From contig CAWGJT010000010.1 of NCBI GenBank assembly GCA_963822965.1, positions 640,001-704,000 of the forward strand: 64,000 bases of DNA. Reading direction: 5' to 3'. The notes below the pieces were generated by a model. The model was not told the DNA's origin. It was given only the letters and a program-made list of their open reading frames with translations, and did not search any database. Made by a program: the position numbers and the translations under genes. The stretch comes from an uncultured delta proteobacterium (lineage in GTDB: Bacteria > Myxococcota_A > UBA9160 > UBA4427). Shown one piece after another: positions 20,192 through 31,118 of the stretch; within the stretch, counting starts at the first letter, position 1, and each line of letters opens with the position of its first letter.

Positions 20192-21346
20192 TCACCGCCG
20201 GCGGTGTCGGGGGCGGCGCGAGACGCGGCGGAGGCCCGCGAGGAAGAGCAGGGCGGCGGCGCCCAGGGTGGAGGCGTCCGGCTCCGGCAGTGCATAGCTC
20301 GTCGGGACGAACTTCCCGGCGACGTCGATGATCTCGAGCCGCGTGGCGAGGGCGGCCTCCGACGCCGCGAGGTCGGCGCACCCGAGGGTCGTCTCCGCGA
20401 ATCCGAACGGCGCGGCGCCGTCCGGGATCAGGGAGCCCTGGACGGGATCGATCAGCAGCACCCGGCGGCCCGGTGCGGCGCACTCGAACGCGGGCGCACC
20501 GACCGTCCCGACGCCGAGACACGCAGCCGACGCGATGGTGAACGGGGCGCCGGTGGCCGCCTCGGGCTCGAGGTCGCTGGGGCTCTGGGGGTCCGCCGCC
20601 ATCACGACGCCGGACTGGTCGACGTCGAAGCAGCCGACCACGCCCGGCTCGGGCAATGCGGTGAGAGGAGCCTCGCGGAACAAGGCTCGCTGATTGGCGG
20701 GTACCACGGCCAGGTAGGGCACGAGCAGCTGGGTCGGTCGCGGCAGGTCGTGGATCGCGTCCGCGACCTCCATCCCCTCGATCACCTCGCCGAAGACCGT
20801 GAAGCCGCCGTCGACGTCGTCGAGGAAGACGTTCTGGTCGTCGAGGTTGACGAACCACTCGCTGGTCGCGCTGTTCGGGGAGCCTCCGACCCTGGCCATG
20901 GCGATCGTTCCCCGGACGTTCGAGATGCAGGGCTCGTTCGGGATGGGATCCGCTCGATCGATCGATTCGAATGTGGTCCCCTCGGTGCGGTAGCCGCCCA
21001 TCTGGATCACGAAGGGCATCCCGCCGGTGCTGGTCGCAGCCCGGTGCACGATGGTGCCGACGTACGCGCCGCCGCGGATGTAGTCGAGAAAGTTCGCGAC
21101 CGTGAGAGGTGCCACGGTCGGATAGAGCTCGATCCGCATGGTCCCGAGCGGCGTCGTCACCTCGACCTGGGTACGCCCCGCCGCGGGAACGAGGTCGCAG
21201 CCGGCCATCGTCGGCGGCACGGCTCCGGCCGACCCCCCGGCCAGCAGCCCGGCCAGGGCCAGCCCGGCGACGCGGCTCGCGCGCGCGAGAGCGCGGCGCC
21301 GGGCGCCGGGTCGAGACCGGGTCTGTGTCGGAGTCCTCGCTCGCAT
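20192..21346 (-). CDS. Exported cyclophilin-type peptidyl-prolyl isomerase with PEP-CTERM sorting signal
   Basis: Signal peptide; APLTVANF, HR..FVIQMGG, RGTIAMAR, SATSEWFVN, FTVFGEVIEG; C-terminal LPEP + TM + Arg cluster. Confidence 0.88.
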   Translation of the reverse strand: MRARTPTQTRSRPGARRRALARASRVAGLALAGLLAGGSAGAVPPTMAGCDLVPAAGRTQVEVTTPLGTMRIELYPTVAPLTVANFLDYIRGGAYVGTIVHRAATSTGGMPFVIQMGGYRTEGTTFESIDRADPIPNEPCISNVRGTIAMARVGGSPNSATSEWFVNLDDQNVFLDDVDGGFTVFGEVIEGMEVADAIHDLPRPTQLLVPYLAVVPANQRALFREAPLTALPEPGVVGCFDVDQSGVVMAADPQSPSDLEPEAATGAPFTIASAACLGVGTVGAPAFECAAPGRRVLLIDPVQGSLIPDGAAPFGFAETTLGCADLAASEAALATRLEIIDVAGKFVPTSYALPEPDASTLGAAALLFLAGLRRVSRRPRHRRR

Positions 21347-21770
21347 CGTCCACCTCGCTGCTCGCTTCCGCCCGCGGCGATCGCGCGCGGCGAACTCTAG
21401 CCAGTGGCGTCCGGCCGTCGCAGCGCATCGGGCGTGCGCAGGCCGTGCGCAGCCCGCGCCCGAGCGGTCCGCGGGGCTCGAGGCGGCGTTCCCGCGGAAC
21501 CGAGCGGCCGCCAGGCGTGTCGGATCGACCGGTGCCGCGACCGGCGCGGCCCGCGAAACCCGGGTGAAGCTCGCCCAGCCGGCTGGAAATACCCGGAACG
21601 TCTTGGATTTCCGAGTGCCCAGCGGGTACTTTCCGCGCGCCCCTGTGCTCCGGCCTCCTGATTCCCCTCGGGCCGTGAGCCCCGAGGCGCTCTCGCGTCG
21701 TCCGCCGGTGCGAGGCGTTCCAAGGTGAGCCCGACCGGTGCAGGTGAGTGACGAGACAAGGAGGAAGGTG

Positions 21771-22754
<984 letters not shown>

Positions 22755-22774
22755 TCGGGCTCGGGAGCGTTCGG

Positions 22775-23761
22775 GTGCTGGCGCGCGAAATCCTGCAACG
22801 GGTCCGGGAGATCCAGGTCCGCACCGGCCGGCAGGTGGCCGATGTGCTGGCGGGCGAGTACGTCTCGGTCTTCAAGGGGCGCGGTATCGAGTTCGAGGAG
22901 GTGCGCCCGTACGTCCCCGGCGACGACGTGCGCAGCATCGACTGGAACGTCACGGCCCGCACCGGCGAGCCCTTCGTCAAGCGATACGTGGAGGAGCGTC
23001 AGCTCACGCTGATGCTGATGGCGGACGTGTCGGCCTCCCAGGACTTCGGCTCGTCGTCGCGCTCGAAGCGCGAGGCCACCGCCGAGCTGTGCGCGCTGCT
23101 GGCGTTCTCCGCCAGCCGCAACGACGACAAGGTGGGGCTCACGCTCTTCCACGGCGGCATCGAGGAGTACATCCCGCCGCGCAAGGGGCAGAAGCACGCC
23201 CTGCGCGTGGTGCGCGAGGTGCTGGCCCACGGCGAGGACGCGCCCGGCCTCGAGGCGGCTCCCGCGGCCCCTCGCGTCCGTCTCGGCAGCGTGGCGGCTT
23301 GGGCGAGGGCGCGCGCCCGGGGGCTGCGGCGCCCGCGGCCCGCACGCCAGTCGACGAGCATCGCGCGGGCGATGGAGTTCCTGCTCTCGGTCACCAAGCG
23401 CCGCACGATCTGCTTCGTGGTGAGCGACTTCCTCGACGAGGGCTGGGAGCGGGCACTCACGACGGCGAACCAGCGCCACGACGTGATCGCGGTGCTCGTG
23501 ACCGATCCCCGCGAGCTCGCCCTCGACGACGTGGGGCTCGTCGCCCTGCGCGACGCGGAGACCGGCCAGGCGCGGCTCTACGATACGGGGTCCGGCGCCT
23601 TCCGGGACGCCGTGCAGCGCGGCGCGGACGAGCGGGTGGCGCGCGTGGAACGCCGCATGCGCCGGGTCGGCATCGACTTCATTCACGTCGACGCGGCGGG
23701 ATCGGTGGTGGATCCGCTGGTGCGCTTCTTCCGGATGCGCGAACGGAGGCTCCGGCGGTGA
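22775..23761 (+). CDS. DUF58 domain protein
   Basis: GRGIEFEEVRPYVPGDDVRSIDWNVTAR, DVSAS, VSDF. Confidence 0.93.
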   Translation: MLAREILQRVREIQVRTGRQVADVLAGEYVSVFKGRGIEFEEVRPYVPGDDVRSIDWNVTARTGEPFVKRYVEERQLTLMLMADVSASQDFGSSSRSKREATAELCALLAFSASRNDDKVGLTLFHGGIEEYIPPRKGQKHALRVVREVLAHGEDAPGLEAAPAAPRVRLGSVAAWARARARGLRRPRPARQSTSIARAMEFLLSVTKRRTICFVVSDFLDEGWERALTTANQRHDVIAVLVTDPRELALDDVGLVALRDAETGQARLYDTGSGAFRDAVQRGADERVARVERRMRRVGIDFIHVDAAGSVVDPLVRFFRMRERRLRR

Positions 23762-24777
23762 CGCGTGGCTTCGGAGGACGCGGCCGCGTGTCGTGCGGCG
23801 GCCGTCTCGCGCCCGTGCTCCTGCTGGCGCTGGCCGCGAGCGGCGGTGCCGCGCGTCCGGCCGCGGCCGCCAGCGCCCACAGCGAGAGCGGGCCGGTGCA
23901 GGCCACCGTCTCGGTGGAGCCCGAGAGCCCCCGCATCGGCGACCCCATCCACCTCGAGCTCGAGGTCGTCGCGGAGCCGGGCGTCGAGCTCCTGATGCCC
24001 GAGTTCGGCGAGGCCCTCGATCGATTCGCGGTGGTCGACTTCGCGCCGTCCGAGCGGGTGGACGACGAGGGACGCACGGTGGCGCGCCAGCGCTACACGC
24101 TGCAGGCGGCGCGCTCGGGCGAGCAGAGCGTGCCGCCGCTGCTGATCGAGTTCATCGACCGGCGTCCCGGTCGCGCGCCGACCCCGGACGACGCCGACGC
24201 CTACGAGCTGCTGACCGAACGGCTCCCGTTCACGGTCCAGACGGTCCTCTCCTCCGACGACAGCCTCGAGCTGGAGCCCGCCCGGGGTGCGCTGGAGCCG
24301 CTGACGGAGCCGGGAAGGCCGGTGTGGCCGTGGCTGCTCGCGGGCGCTGCCGTGCTCGCGGCCGCGGCGCCGTTCGGAGCCCGCCTGTGGGTGGCCCGGC
24401 GGGCGCGGGGCCGGCGCCGCACGGCCTACGAGCAGGCCCGCAGCGAGCTCGATGCGCTGCTCTACGGCCCGCGCCCCGCGCCGGACGATCCGGCCGCGGT
24501 GGACGCCTTCTACGTGGTGCTCTCCGGCATCGTGCGTCGCTACCTGGAGAACCGCTTCGGCCTCCACTCGCCCGAGCAGACCACCGACGAGTTCCTGGAG
24601 GACCTGGCCCGCTCGCCGGATCTCGAGCGCTCCCACCAGGATCTGCTGCGGGACTTCCTGCGCGGCGCCGACCTCGTGAAGTTCGCCCACCAGCTGCCCG
24701 ACGCCTCGGGGATGAACGCGTCGGTGAGCCTCGCCCAGCGCTTCCTCGAGGAGACCGGGGAGGCGCGTGATGCCTGA
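23758..24777 (+). CDS. Bat-operon hypothetical membrane protein (exported domain, TM, cytoplasmic domain)
   Basis: GTGA overlap with DUF58; RIGDPIHL; TM; LSGIVRRYLE, EQTTDEFL, ADLVKFA typical of the gene between DUF58 and batA. Confidence 0.82.
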   Translation: MTRGFGGRGRVSCGGRLAPVLLLALAASGGAARPAAAASAHSESGPVQATVSVEPESPRIGDPIHLELEVVAEPGVELLMPEFGEALDRFAVVDFAPSERVDDEGRTVARQRYTLQAARSGEQSVPPLLIEFIDRRPGRAPTPDDADAYELLTERLPFTVQTVLSSDDSLELEPARGALEPLTEPGRPVWPWLLAGAAVLAAAAPFGARLWVARRARGRRRTAYEQARSELDALLYGPRPAPDDPAAVDAFYVVLSGIVRRYLENRFGLHSPEQTTDEFLEDLARSPDLERSHQDLLRDFLRGADLVKFAHQLPDASGMNASVSLAQRFLEETGEARDA

Positions 24778-25789
24778 TTGGGGTGGTCTCGAGCTGCGCG
24801 ATCCGTTCTTTCTGCTCGTCGGCCTGCTGGCGATTCCGGTCTATCTGCTGGCGTCGCGGCTGCCCGCGGCAGTCACGTACTCGAGCCTGGCGCTCGTCGA
24901 CCGAGCGCCTCGATCCCTGCGCACCCGGCTGGCGTCGCTTCCCGCCGGCCTGCTCGCCTTCGCGGTGCTGGCGCTGGCCGTCGCGCTCGCGGGTCCGCGA
25001 ACGGGGGACGCCACCAGCAAGGTCCACAAGGAGGGCATCGCCATCGCGATGGTGGTGGACCGATCCGGCTCCATGCAGGCCCGCGACTTCGTGGAGGGAG
25101 ACGCCAGCGCCAACCGGCTGGACGTGGTCAAGAAGGTGTTCCGGGACTTCGTCCAGAAGCCCGACCGGCGCGACGATCTCATCGGGCTGGTCACCTTCGC
25201 GCGCTACGCCGACGGCGCCTGTCCGCTCACGAGCGACCACGGCAATCTGCTCTCCATCCTCGAGCAGCAGGAGATCGTGAGCGAGCGCGAGGAGGACGGC
25301 ACCGCCGTGGGGGAGGGCCTGGCGCTGGCGGTCGAACGCCTGCGTCACCAGGAGGTGCGCTCGAAGGTCGCGATCGTGCTGACCGACGGCGTCAACAACG
25401 CCGGCAACATCACGCCGCTGCAGGCGGCGGAGCTCGCCGAGCAGTACGGCATCAAGGTCTACACCATCGGTGCCGGGCGGACGGGCTGGGCCCCGGTGCC
25501 GGTACGGCTGCCGGGGGGCGCGGTCGCCCTGCGTCGGGCCTTCGTCGAGATGGACGAGGACACCCTGCGCGAGATCGCCGAGCGCACCGGCGCGCGCTAC
25601 TTCCACGCCACCGACGCCGACGCCCTCGAGCAGGTGATCGACGAGATCGACCACCTCGAGCGCAGCGAGATCGTCGAGGTCCGCTACCTCGAGTACGAGC
25701 CGCACTATGCGGGCTTCGTGGTGGCCGCCCTGGCGCTCATGCTCGCCTCGTCCCTGCTCTCGGGTACCTGGCTGCGGAGGCTGCCGTGA
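24770..25789 (+). CDS. batA: BatA-like VWA domain protein
   Basis: N-terminal BatA TM region; MIDAS DRSGSM, PLTSDH, GTAVG, LTDG; C-terminal TM. Confidence 0.9.
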   Translation: MPDWGGLELRDPFFLLVGLLAIPVYLLASRLPAAVTYSSLALVDRAPRSLRTRLASLPAGLLAFAVLALAVALAGPRTGDATSKVHKEGIAIAMVVDRSGSMQARDFVEGDASANRLDVVKKVFRDFVQKPDRRDDLIGLVTFARYADGACPLTSDHGNLLSILEQQEIVSEREEDGTAVGEGLALAVERLRHQEVRSKVAIVLTDGVNNAGNITPLQAAELAEQYGIKVYTIGAGRTGWAPVPVRLPGGAVALRRAFVEMDEDTLREIAERTGARYFHATDADALEQVIDEIDHLERSEIVEVRYLEYEPHYAGFVVAALALMLASSLLSGTWLRRLP

Positions 25790-28700
25790 GCGGGTTCCGC
25801 TTCGCCGACCCCCAGCTCGCCCACGCGCTGTGGGCCGTGCTGGCCTTCGTGGCGCTGCTCTACTGGCTCGACCTTCGCGGCGGCACGGCGCTCGACGGAC
25901 TGGTGGGTCCCGCGCTGCAGGCCCGTCTCGTGCGTCGCCCGGGGGCCTGGCGGCGCCGGCTGCGGATCGCCCTGCTGGGCCTGGCTGCTACCTGCGCGGT
26001 GCTCGCGCTCATGCGCCCGCAGTGGGGCATGCGCGTGGTGCCGGCGTCCCGGGCCGGCGCGCAGATCATGGTGGCCCTGGACGTGTCGCGCTCGATGCTC
26101 GCCGAGGACGTCGCCCCCAACCGGCTGGAGCGCGCGAAGGCCGAGATCGTCGACCTGCTCTCGTACCTGGACGGCGACCAGGTGGGCCTGATCGCGTTCG
26201 CGGGCCGCGCCAGCGTGCTCTCACCGCTCACGCCGGACTTCGGCTTCCTGCGGCTGGTGCTCGAGGGCACCGGCCCCGGAAGCGTGACGCGGGGCGGCAC
26301 GAAGCTGGCGGAGCCGATCCGCAAGGCCGTGGCGGGCTTCGGTCCCGCGGAGGGCGCGTCCCGGGCGATCCTGCTCATCACCGACGGCGAGGACCACGAC
26401 TCCTTCGCCCTCGACGCGGCCCGCGAGGCGGCGGCGGCCGGGGTCAAGATCATCGCCATCGGCTTCGGGGACGAGAACGGCAGCGAGATCCGCATCACCG
26501 ACCCGCGCACGGGCGCCCGCACGCTCCTGCGCGACGCCGCGGGGCAGCCCGTGCGGACCCGACTCGACGGCGACCTGCTGCGGGAGCTGGCGCTCGCGAC
26601 CGACGGCGCCTACGTGCCGGCGGGCACCGGCGTGCTGGACCTCGAGTCCATCTACGAGCAGCACATCGCGAGGCTGACGCGCGGCGAGCTCGATGGAACC
26701 CGCACCGTCCGCGACGAGGGCTACCCGTGGTTCGTGCTCCTCGCGCTGGTCTTCCTGGTGTCGAGCGCCGTGGTCTCGGCGGGGCGCCTGCGCGGGGTGG
26801 CAGCAGCCGCCATGCTGGTGGCGCTGGTGGCACCCGTTCGCCCGGCAGTCGCCCAGGCGCCCGCTGGCCAGGCGCCCCCTCTCCAGGCGCCCCCGCCCCA
26901 GGCGCCGGCCGCGGCGGCCGACGAGGACACGGCGGCCGACGCCACCGCACCGGAGCCGACCGCTCCCGAGCGCGCCCCCGACCCGCGCCAGGTGTACAAC
27001 GACGCCGTCGAGGCGATCTCCCGCAACGCCTGGGACGACGCGGAGCGGCTGCTCGGCCGCGCGCGCCGGGACGCGGGTGCCGACGACGAGCTGCGCTTCG
27101 ACGCCTCCTACAACCTCGGCTGGGTGAGCGTGCAGCAGGCGGGCCGGGTGCAGGGCGAGTCGCCGAAGCAGGCGCTCGATCTCCTGTACCGGGGCGCCGA
27201 CTGGTTCCGCGAGGCCGTGCGCCTGCGGCCCGACGAAGACGTGGCGCGACACAACCTGGAGGTCACCCTGCAGCGCGCGCTCGTGCTGGCGGACGAGCTG
27301 GCGCGCAACGCCGAGGGCGGGGTCGAGGGCGCCCTGGCCGAGCTGGCGCAGCGCCAGCGGAACGTGGTGGCGGGCGTGGCCGGCCTGATCGAATCCGCCA
27401 GCCAGGATCCCGCCGACGCGACGGCGGCCGGCGAGGCACTGCGCGGCGCCTTCCGGGCCCAGGCCACGGCCCAGCGGACGGTGCTGTCGGACGCCGACCA
27501 GCTGGCCTCGCGCGTGGGCGACGAGCGTGACGGCATCCAGGCGCGGCCCGAGGCGGAGCGCACGCCCGAGGACGCCATGCGCGCGGCGCAGCTCTCCAAC
27601 GTGTTGGACTATCTCCACCAGGCCCGGGAGCGCATGGGGCAGGCCCGCAGCCAGCTCCGACAGCGCCAGGCCGGCCGAGCGTATCGACGGACCTCCGCGG
27701 CGCTCACCCTGCTGAAGCGGGCCGGCGACCAGCTGCGAGATCCCGTGGCGGTCCTCGACCTGCTGCTGGCGGACGCCGGTGAGGCGGCCCGCGGCACCGC
27801 GCTGGTGAGCCTGTCGCAGAAGCAGGTGCCCGGGCTGGCGGACACGCTGCCCCCGGTGCCGCCGTGGCTCACCGTCGAGGGTCTCGCCGACGACCAGACC
27901 GCCCTCGCCGAGCGGACCGACGAGCTGCATGCCCGTTTCGCCGCGGGCCTCGAGCACGCCGCCACGGCGGATCTCGCGTCGATCCCGCCCGAGCAGGCCG
28001 AGATGCTCGCGGCGGTGCGCGAAGCCGAGCCGATGGTGGGGCAGGCGGCGGAGGCCGCCCGGAAGGCGGCCGCCAGCCTGGAGGCGGCCGCCCTGGACGA
28101 CGTTCCGGAGAGCCAGCGGCACTTCCTGGAGGCGCTGGCCGGCGCGCGCGAGCGCTTTCTCGACGTGCGTGGTCTCATCGAGGCGCTGTACCAGGACGAG
28201 AAGCAGATCGCAGAGGTGGTGCGGGCCGAAGGTCCGGAGGCCGAGGCTCGCCGGGAGGAGTTCGTGCCGGCCCTGCGCACCGCCCAGACGCGCAACCTCG
28301 AGCGCGCGACGCGCCTCCAGGCCAAGCTCGCGGATCGACAGTCGAGCCTCGAGGCCGCGGCCAACGCGGCACCGGACGCGGGCGCGGACCCGAAGGCCCC
28401 GCCGCCCGACCCGGAGCGCCTGGAGCAGGATCGCAAGCACCTCGAGCTGGCGAGCCAGGTGCTGACCCTCGCCACCGGCGCGATGGACGGCGTGCACAAG
28501 GGGCTGGGGGATGCCGCGCAGCCGGGCGCGGAGCAACCGCAGATCGACTGGGACTGGGTCCGCAGCGACGCCGCCACGGCGGTGGACCACATCGAGACCC
28601 TGCGCCGCCTGTTCTTCTCCATCAGCGAGCACCTGCGCGACGTGGCGGTGCGGCAGCTCGACCTGGCCGACCGCACCCAGGACGCCCTGGCACGGGCGGC

Positions 28701-29280
28701 GGCACCGGATGTGGACGCGACCGCCGAGGCCGCGCCCTTCGTCGACGTCGAGAAGGGGCTCGCCGATCAGACCCTGGTGATCGCCAACGCCCTGGAGGAG
28801 CAGTCGAATGACGCGGGCGGCGCCGCGGCCCAGGACCCCAAGGCCGAGGAGGCCGGCGAACGCCTGCGCAAGGCCGCCGAGCACGTGCTGCTCGCGCAGG
28901 GCCAGATGGAGGGCGCGACCGGCTCGCTCGGCGCCCCGGCCGACCTGCCGGCGGCCCGCAAGGCCCAGGACGGGGCGATCGACGAGCTGAAGCAGGCCCT
29001 GGCGATCCTGGAGCCACCCAAGCCCGACGAGCAGCAGGGCGATTCGCAGAAGCAGCAGCAGAAGCAGCAACAGGCCCAGCAGCCCTCCCAGGACCAGCAG
29101 CAGCAGGGCGCGAAGGGCCAGGCCGGCCAGCAGGCCGGCCAGGAAGACCAGCAGAAGCAGGACATGCAGGGGATCGATCCCGGGCAGCTGCTGCAGGAGG
29201 TGCGCGATCGCGAGGCCCAGCGGCGTCGCGAACGCTCGAACCGCCAGCAGGGCTACGAGACCGTGGAGAAGGACTGGTGA
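25786..29280 (+). CDS. batB: BatB-like VWA protein fused to TPR/BatC-like and long helical region (1164 aa)
   Basis: GTGA overlap; RPQWG, LDVSRSM..DVAPNRL, ITDGEDH; YNLG and RHNLE TPR motifs; Gln-rich tail ending VEKDW. Confidence 0.87.
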   Translation: MSGFRFADPQLAHALWAVLAFVALLYWLDLRGGTALDGLVGPALQARLVRRPGAWRRRLRIALLGLAATCAVLALMRPQWGMRVVPASRAGAQIMVALDVSRSMLAEDVAPNRLERAKAEIVDLLSYLDGDQVGLIAFAGRASVLSPLTPDFGFLRLVLEGTGPGSVTRGGTKLAEPIRKAVAGFGPAEGASRAILLITDGEDHDSFALDAAREAAAAGVKIIAIGFGDENGSEIRITDPRTGARTLLRDAAGQPVRTRLDGDLLRELALATDGAYVPAGTGVLDLESIYEQHIARLTRGELDGTRTVRDEGYPWFVLLALVFLVSSAVVSAGRLRGVAAAAMLVALVAPVRPAVAQAPAGQAPPLQAPPPQAPAAAADEDTAADATAPEPTAPERAPDPRQVYNDAVEAISRNAWDDAERLLGRARRDAGADDELRFDASYNLGWVSVQQAGRVQGESPKQALDLLYRGADWFREAVRLRPDEDVARHNLEVTLQRALVLADELARNAEGGVEGALAELAQRQRNVVAGVAGLIESASQDPADATAAGEALRGAFRAQATAQRTVLSDADQLASRVGDERDGIQARPEAERTPEDAMRAAQLSNVLDYLHQARERMGQARSQLRQRQAGRAYRRTSAALTLLKRAGDQLRDPVAVLDLLLADAGEAARGTALVSLSQKQVPGLADTLPPVPPWLTVEGLADDQTALAERTDELHARFAAGLEHAATADLASIPPEQAEMLAAVREAEPMVGQAAEAARKAAASLEAAALDDVPESQRHFLEALAGARERFLDVRGLIEALYQDEKQIAEVVRAEGPEAEARREEFVPALRTAQTRNLERATRLQAKLADRQSSLEAAANAAPDAGADPKAPPPDPERLEQDRKHLELASQVLTLATGAMDGVHKGLGDAAQPGAEQPQIDWDWVRSDAATAVDHIETLRRLFFSISEHLRDVAVRQLDLADRTQDALARAAAPDVDATAEAAPFVDVEKGLADQTLVIANALEEQSNDAGGAAAQDPKAEEAGERLRKAAEHVLLAQGQMEGATGSLGAPADLPAARKAQDGAIDELKQALAILEPPKPDEQQGDSQKQQQKQQQAQQPSQDQQQQGAKGQAGQQAGQEDQQKQDMQGIDPGQLLQEVRDREAQRRRERSNRQQGYETVEKDW

Positions 29281-31118
29281 TCGGCCTGGGTCGCCGGCTC
29301 GCCGCCACCGCGGTCGCCCTGCTCCTCGCCGCAGCGCTGGCGCCCCGCGCCTTGGCCCAGGCCGCGCAGGTGGCGACGGAGCCGGGACCGCACTACGTGG
29401 GCGAGCCCGTGTCCATCCGGATCACCGCCGTGGGCTTCGACGAGGATCCGCCGCCCGTCGCCGAGGCGCCGACGCCGGCCGAGGGACAGCTCGAGCTCGT
29501 CGGCGTGAGCCCCAGCGTGAGCCAATCGATCACCATCGTGAACGGGCGCATGTCGCGCACCCGCGAGGTGACGCACGTCTTCCAGTTCCGCTTCGTGGGC
29601 GATCGGCCGGGGACGGTTCGGCTGGGACCCTTCAAGGTCTCCCAGGGCAGCCGGGAAGCGACCGTCCCGATGGTCAACATCCCGCTGCAGGACGTGCCTT
29701 CGAACGACGACGTGGCCGTCGACCTTCGCATCGGGAAGGGCGCAGGGGACGCGCTCTTCGTGGGGGAACGCGTCCCCGTGACCGTCTCGTTCTCCCTGGA
29801 GAAGTCGCTGCAGCAGAACGTCCTCGAGTACACCCTGCGGGTTCCCTTCTTCGACGACCAGCAGAGCTTCCGCTTCCTCGACGACGGACACCCGGAAGGC
29901 GACACCAACGTCGTGCTCGAGACCGCCCAGGGCCGGCTCGAGCTGCGCGGGCAATCGCACGAGCACGTGGAGAAGGGCAAGCACTTCACGACGGTCTCCG
30001 TCACCCGCACGCTCGTTCCATTGCTTCCGGGTCGCCATCGCGTGCCGCCGGTGTCGTTCAACGTCGAGGAGGGCACCCGCTTCCGGCGCGACTTCTTCGG
30101 TGGGCGTCGCGCCACCCAGGTGCGGCGCTGGCGGGCCGAGACGCCGGCGCGCGAGGTGGAGGTGGCGTCGGTACCCGGGCAGCAGAAGCCGGCGAGCTTC
30201 GGCGGCGCGATCGGGCGGGGCTTCACCCTGGACGTCTCGGCGGATCGCACGGTGCTGCAGGTGGGTGACCCGATCACCCTCACCCTCGAGGTGCGGGGCG
30301 ACGGTCTCGAGACCGCCTCGCTGCCGCCGCTCGACGCGGACGGCCTGCTGCCCGCCGACGGCTTCCGCGTGCCCGCCGGTCCGTATGCCGGCGAGATCGT
30401 CGGCGACGCCAAGCGCTTCACGGTGCAGGTGCGGGTGCTCGACGAGGGGGTCTCGGCGATCCCCGGACTCGCGTACTCGTGGTTCGACCCGGACACGCGG
30501 CAGTACGAGACGACCCGCTCCCGGCCGATCGCCCTGTCGGTGCGGCCCGCCGAGGTGATCGGCGCCGGGGACGTCGAGGTGGCCCGGAGCGAGACGCCGG
30601 CCGCGCCGGTACCGGACGAGTCGTCGCCTGCGGGCGCGGGCGCCGAGTCGGCGCGCGCCCGGGGCTTTGCGCTCACCGGCGCCGATCTGGCGGTCGAGCC
30701 CGATCCCGTCCGGGTGCTGGGAGGCGGGGGTGCGTGGGGCGGGGCGTGGCTGCCGCCTGCGCTCTACGCCGGCTCGCTGGTCCTGGTGGCACTCGCCGTC
30801 TTCGACCGTCGGCGGCGCGACGTCGATCCCGAGGTGGCGCGCCGGGGCCGGGTGATCGCCGAGGCGCGCGCGCGATTGCGCGAGGCCCGGGGGCGCCCGC
30901 CGGCCGAAGCCGTGGCCGAGGCGGCCCACGCCCTCCGGAGCCTGCTGCGGGAGGCGCCCGGCTCCTCGGACGCGGCGCTGGATGCCCTCGTCGGCGAGTG
31001 TGACGCGCGCAGCTACGCGCCGCCGGGCCGCGAGCAGGCCCTGCCGCCGGACCTCTTCGAGCGTTGCGACGCCCAGGCGGAACGCCTCGCCCGGGCGATC
31101 GCGGAGCGGAGACGATGA
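29277..31118 (+). CDS. batD: BatD family protein
   Basis: Signal peptide; SITIVNG, FVGE, FGGAIG, VGDPITLTLEV, SWFDP...Y; C-terminal TM. Confidence 0.85.
   Translation: MIGLGRRLAATAVALLLAAALAPRALAQAAQVATEPGPHYVGEPVSIRITAVGFDEDPPPVAEAPTPAEGQLELVGVSPSVSQSITIVNGRMSRTREVTHVFQFRFVGDRPGTVRLGPFKVSQGSREATVPMVNIPLQDVPSNDDVAVDLRIGKGAGDALFVGERVPVTVSFSLEKSLQQNVLEYTLRVPFFDDQQSFRFLDDGHPEGDTNVVLETAQGRLELRGQSHEHVEKGKHFTTVSVTRTLVPLLPGRHRVPPVSFNVEEGTRFRRDFFGGRRATQVRRWRAETPAREVEVASVPGQQKPASFGGAIGRGFTLDVSADRTVLQVGDPITLTLEVRGDGLETASLPPLDADGLLPADGFRVPAGPYAGEIVGDAKRFTVQVRVLDEGVSAIPGLAYSWFDPDTRQYETTRSRPIALSVRPAEVIGAGDVEVARSETPAAPVPDESSPAGAGAESARARGFALTGADLAVEPDPVRVLGGGGAWGGAWLPPALYAGSLVLVALAVFDRRRRDVDPEVARRGRVIAEARARLREARGRPPAEAVAEAAHALRSLLREAPGSSDAALDALVGECDARSYAPPGREQALPPDLFERCDAQAERLARAIAERRR

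Noticed and set aside
29030..29170. CAG-rich Gln tract as a separate repeat element
   Set aside because: Ordinary low-complexity BatC-type linker preceding the KDW terminus
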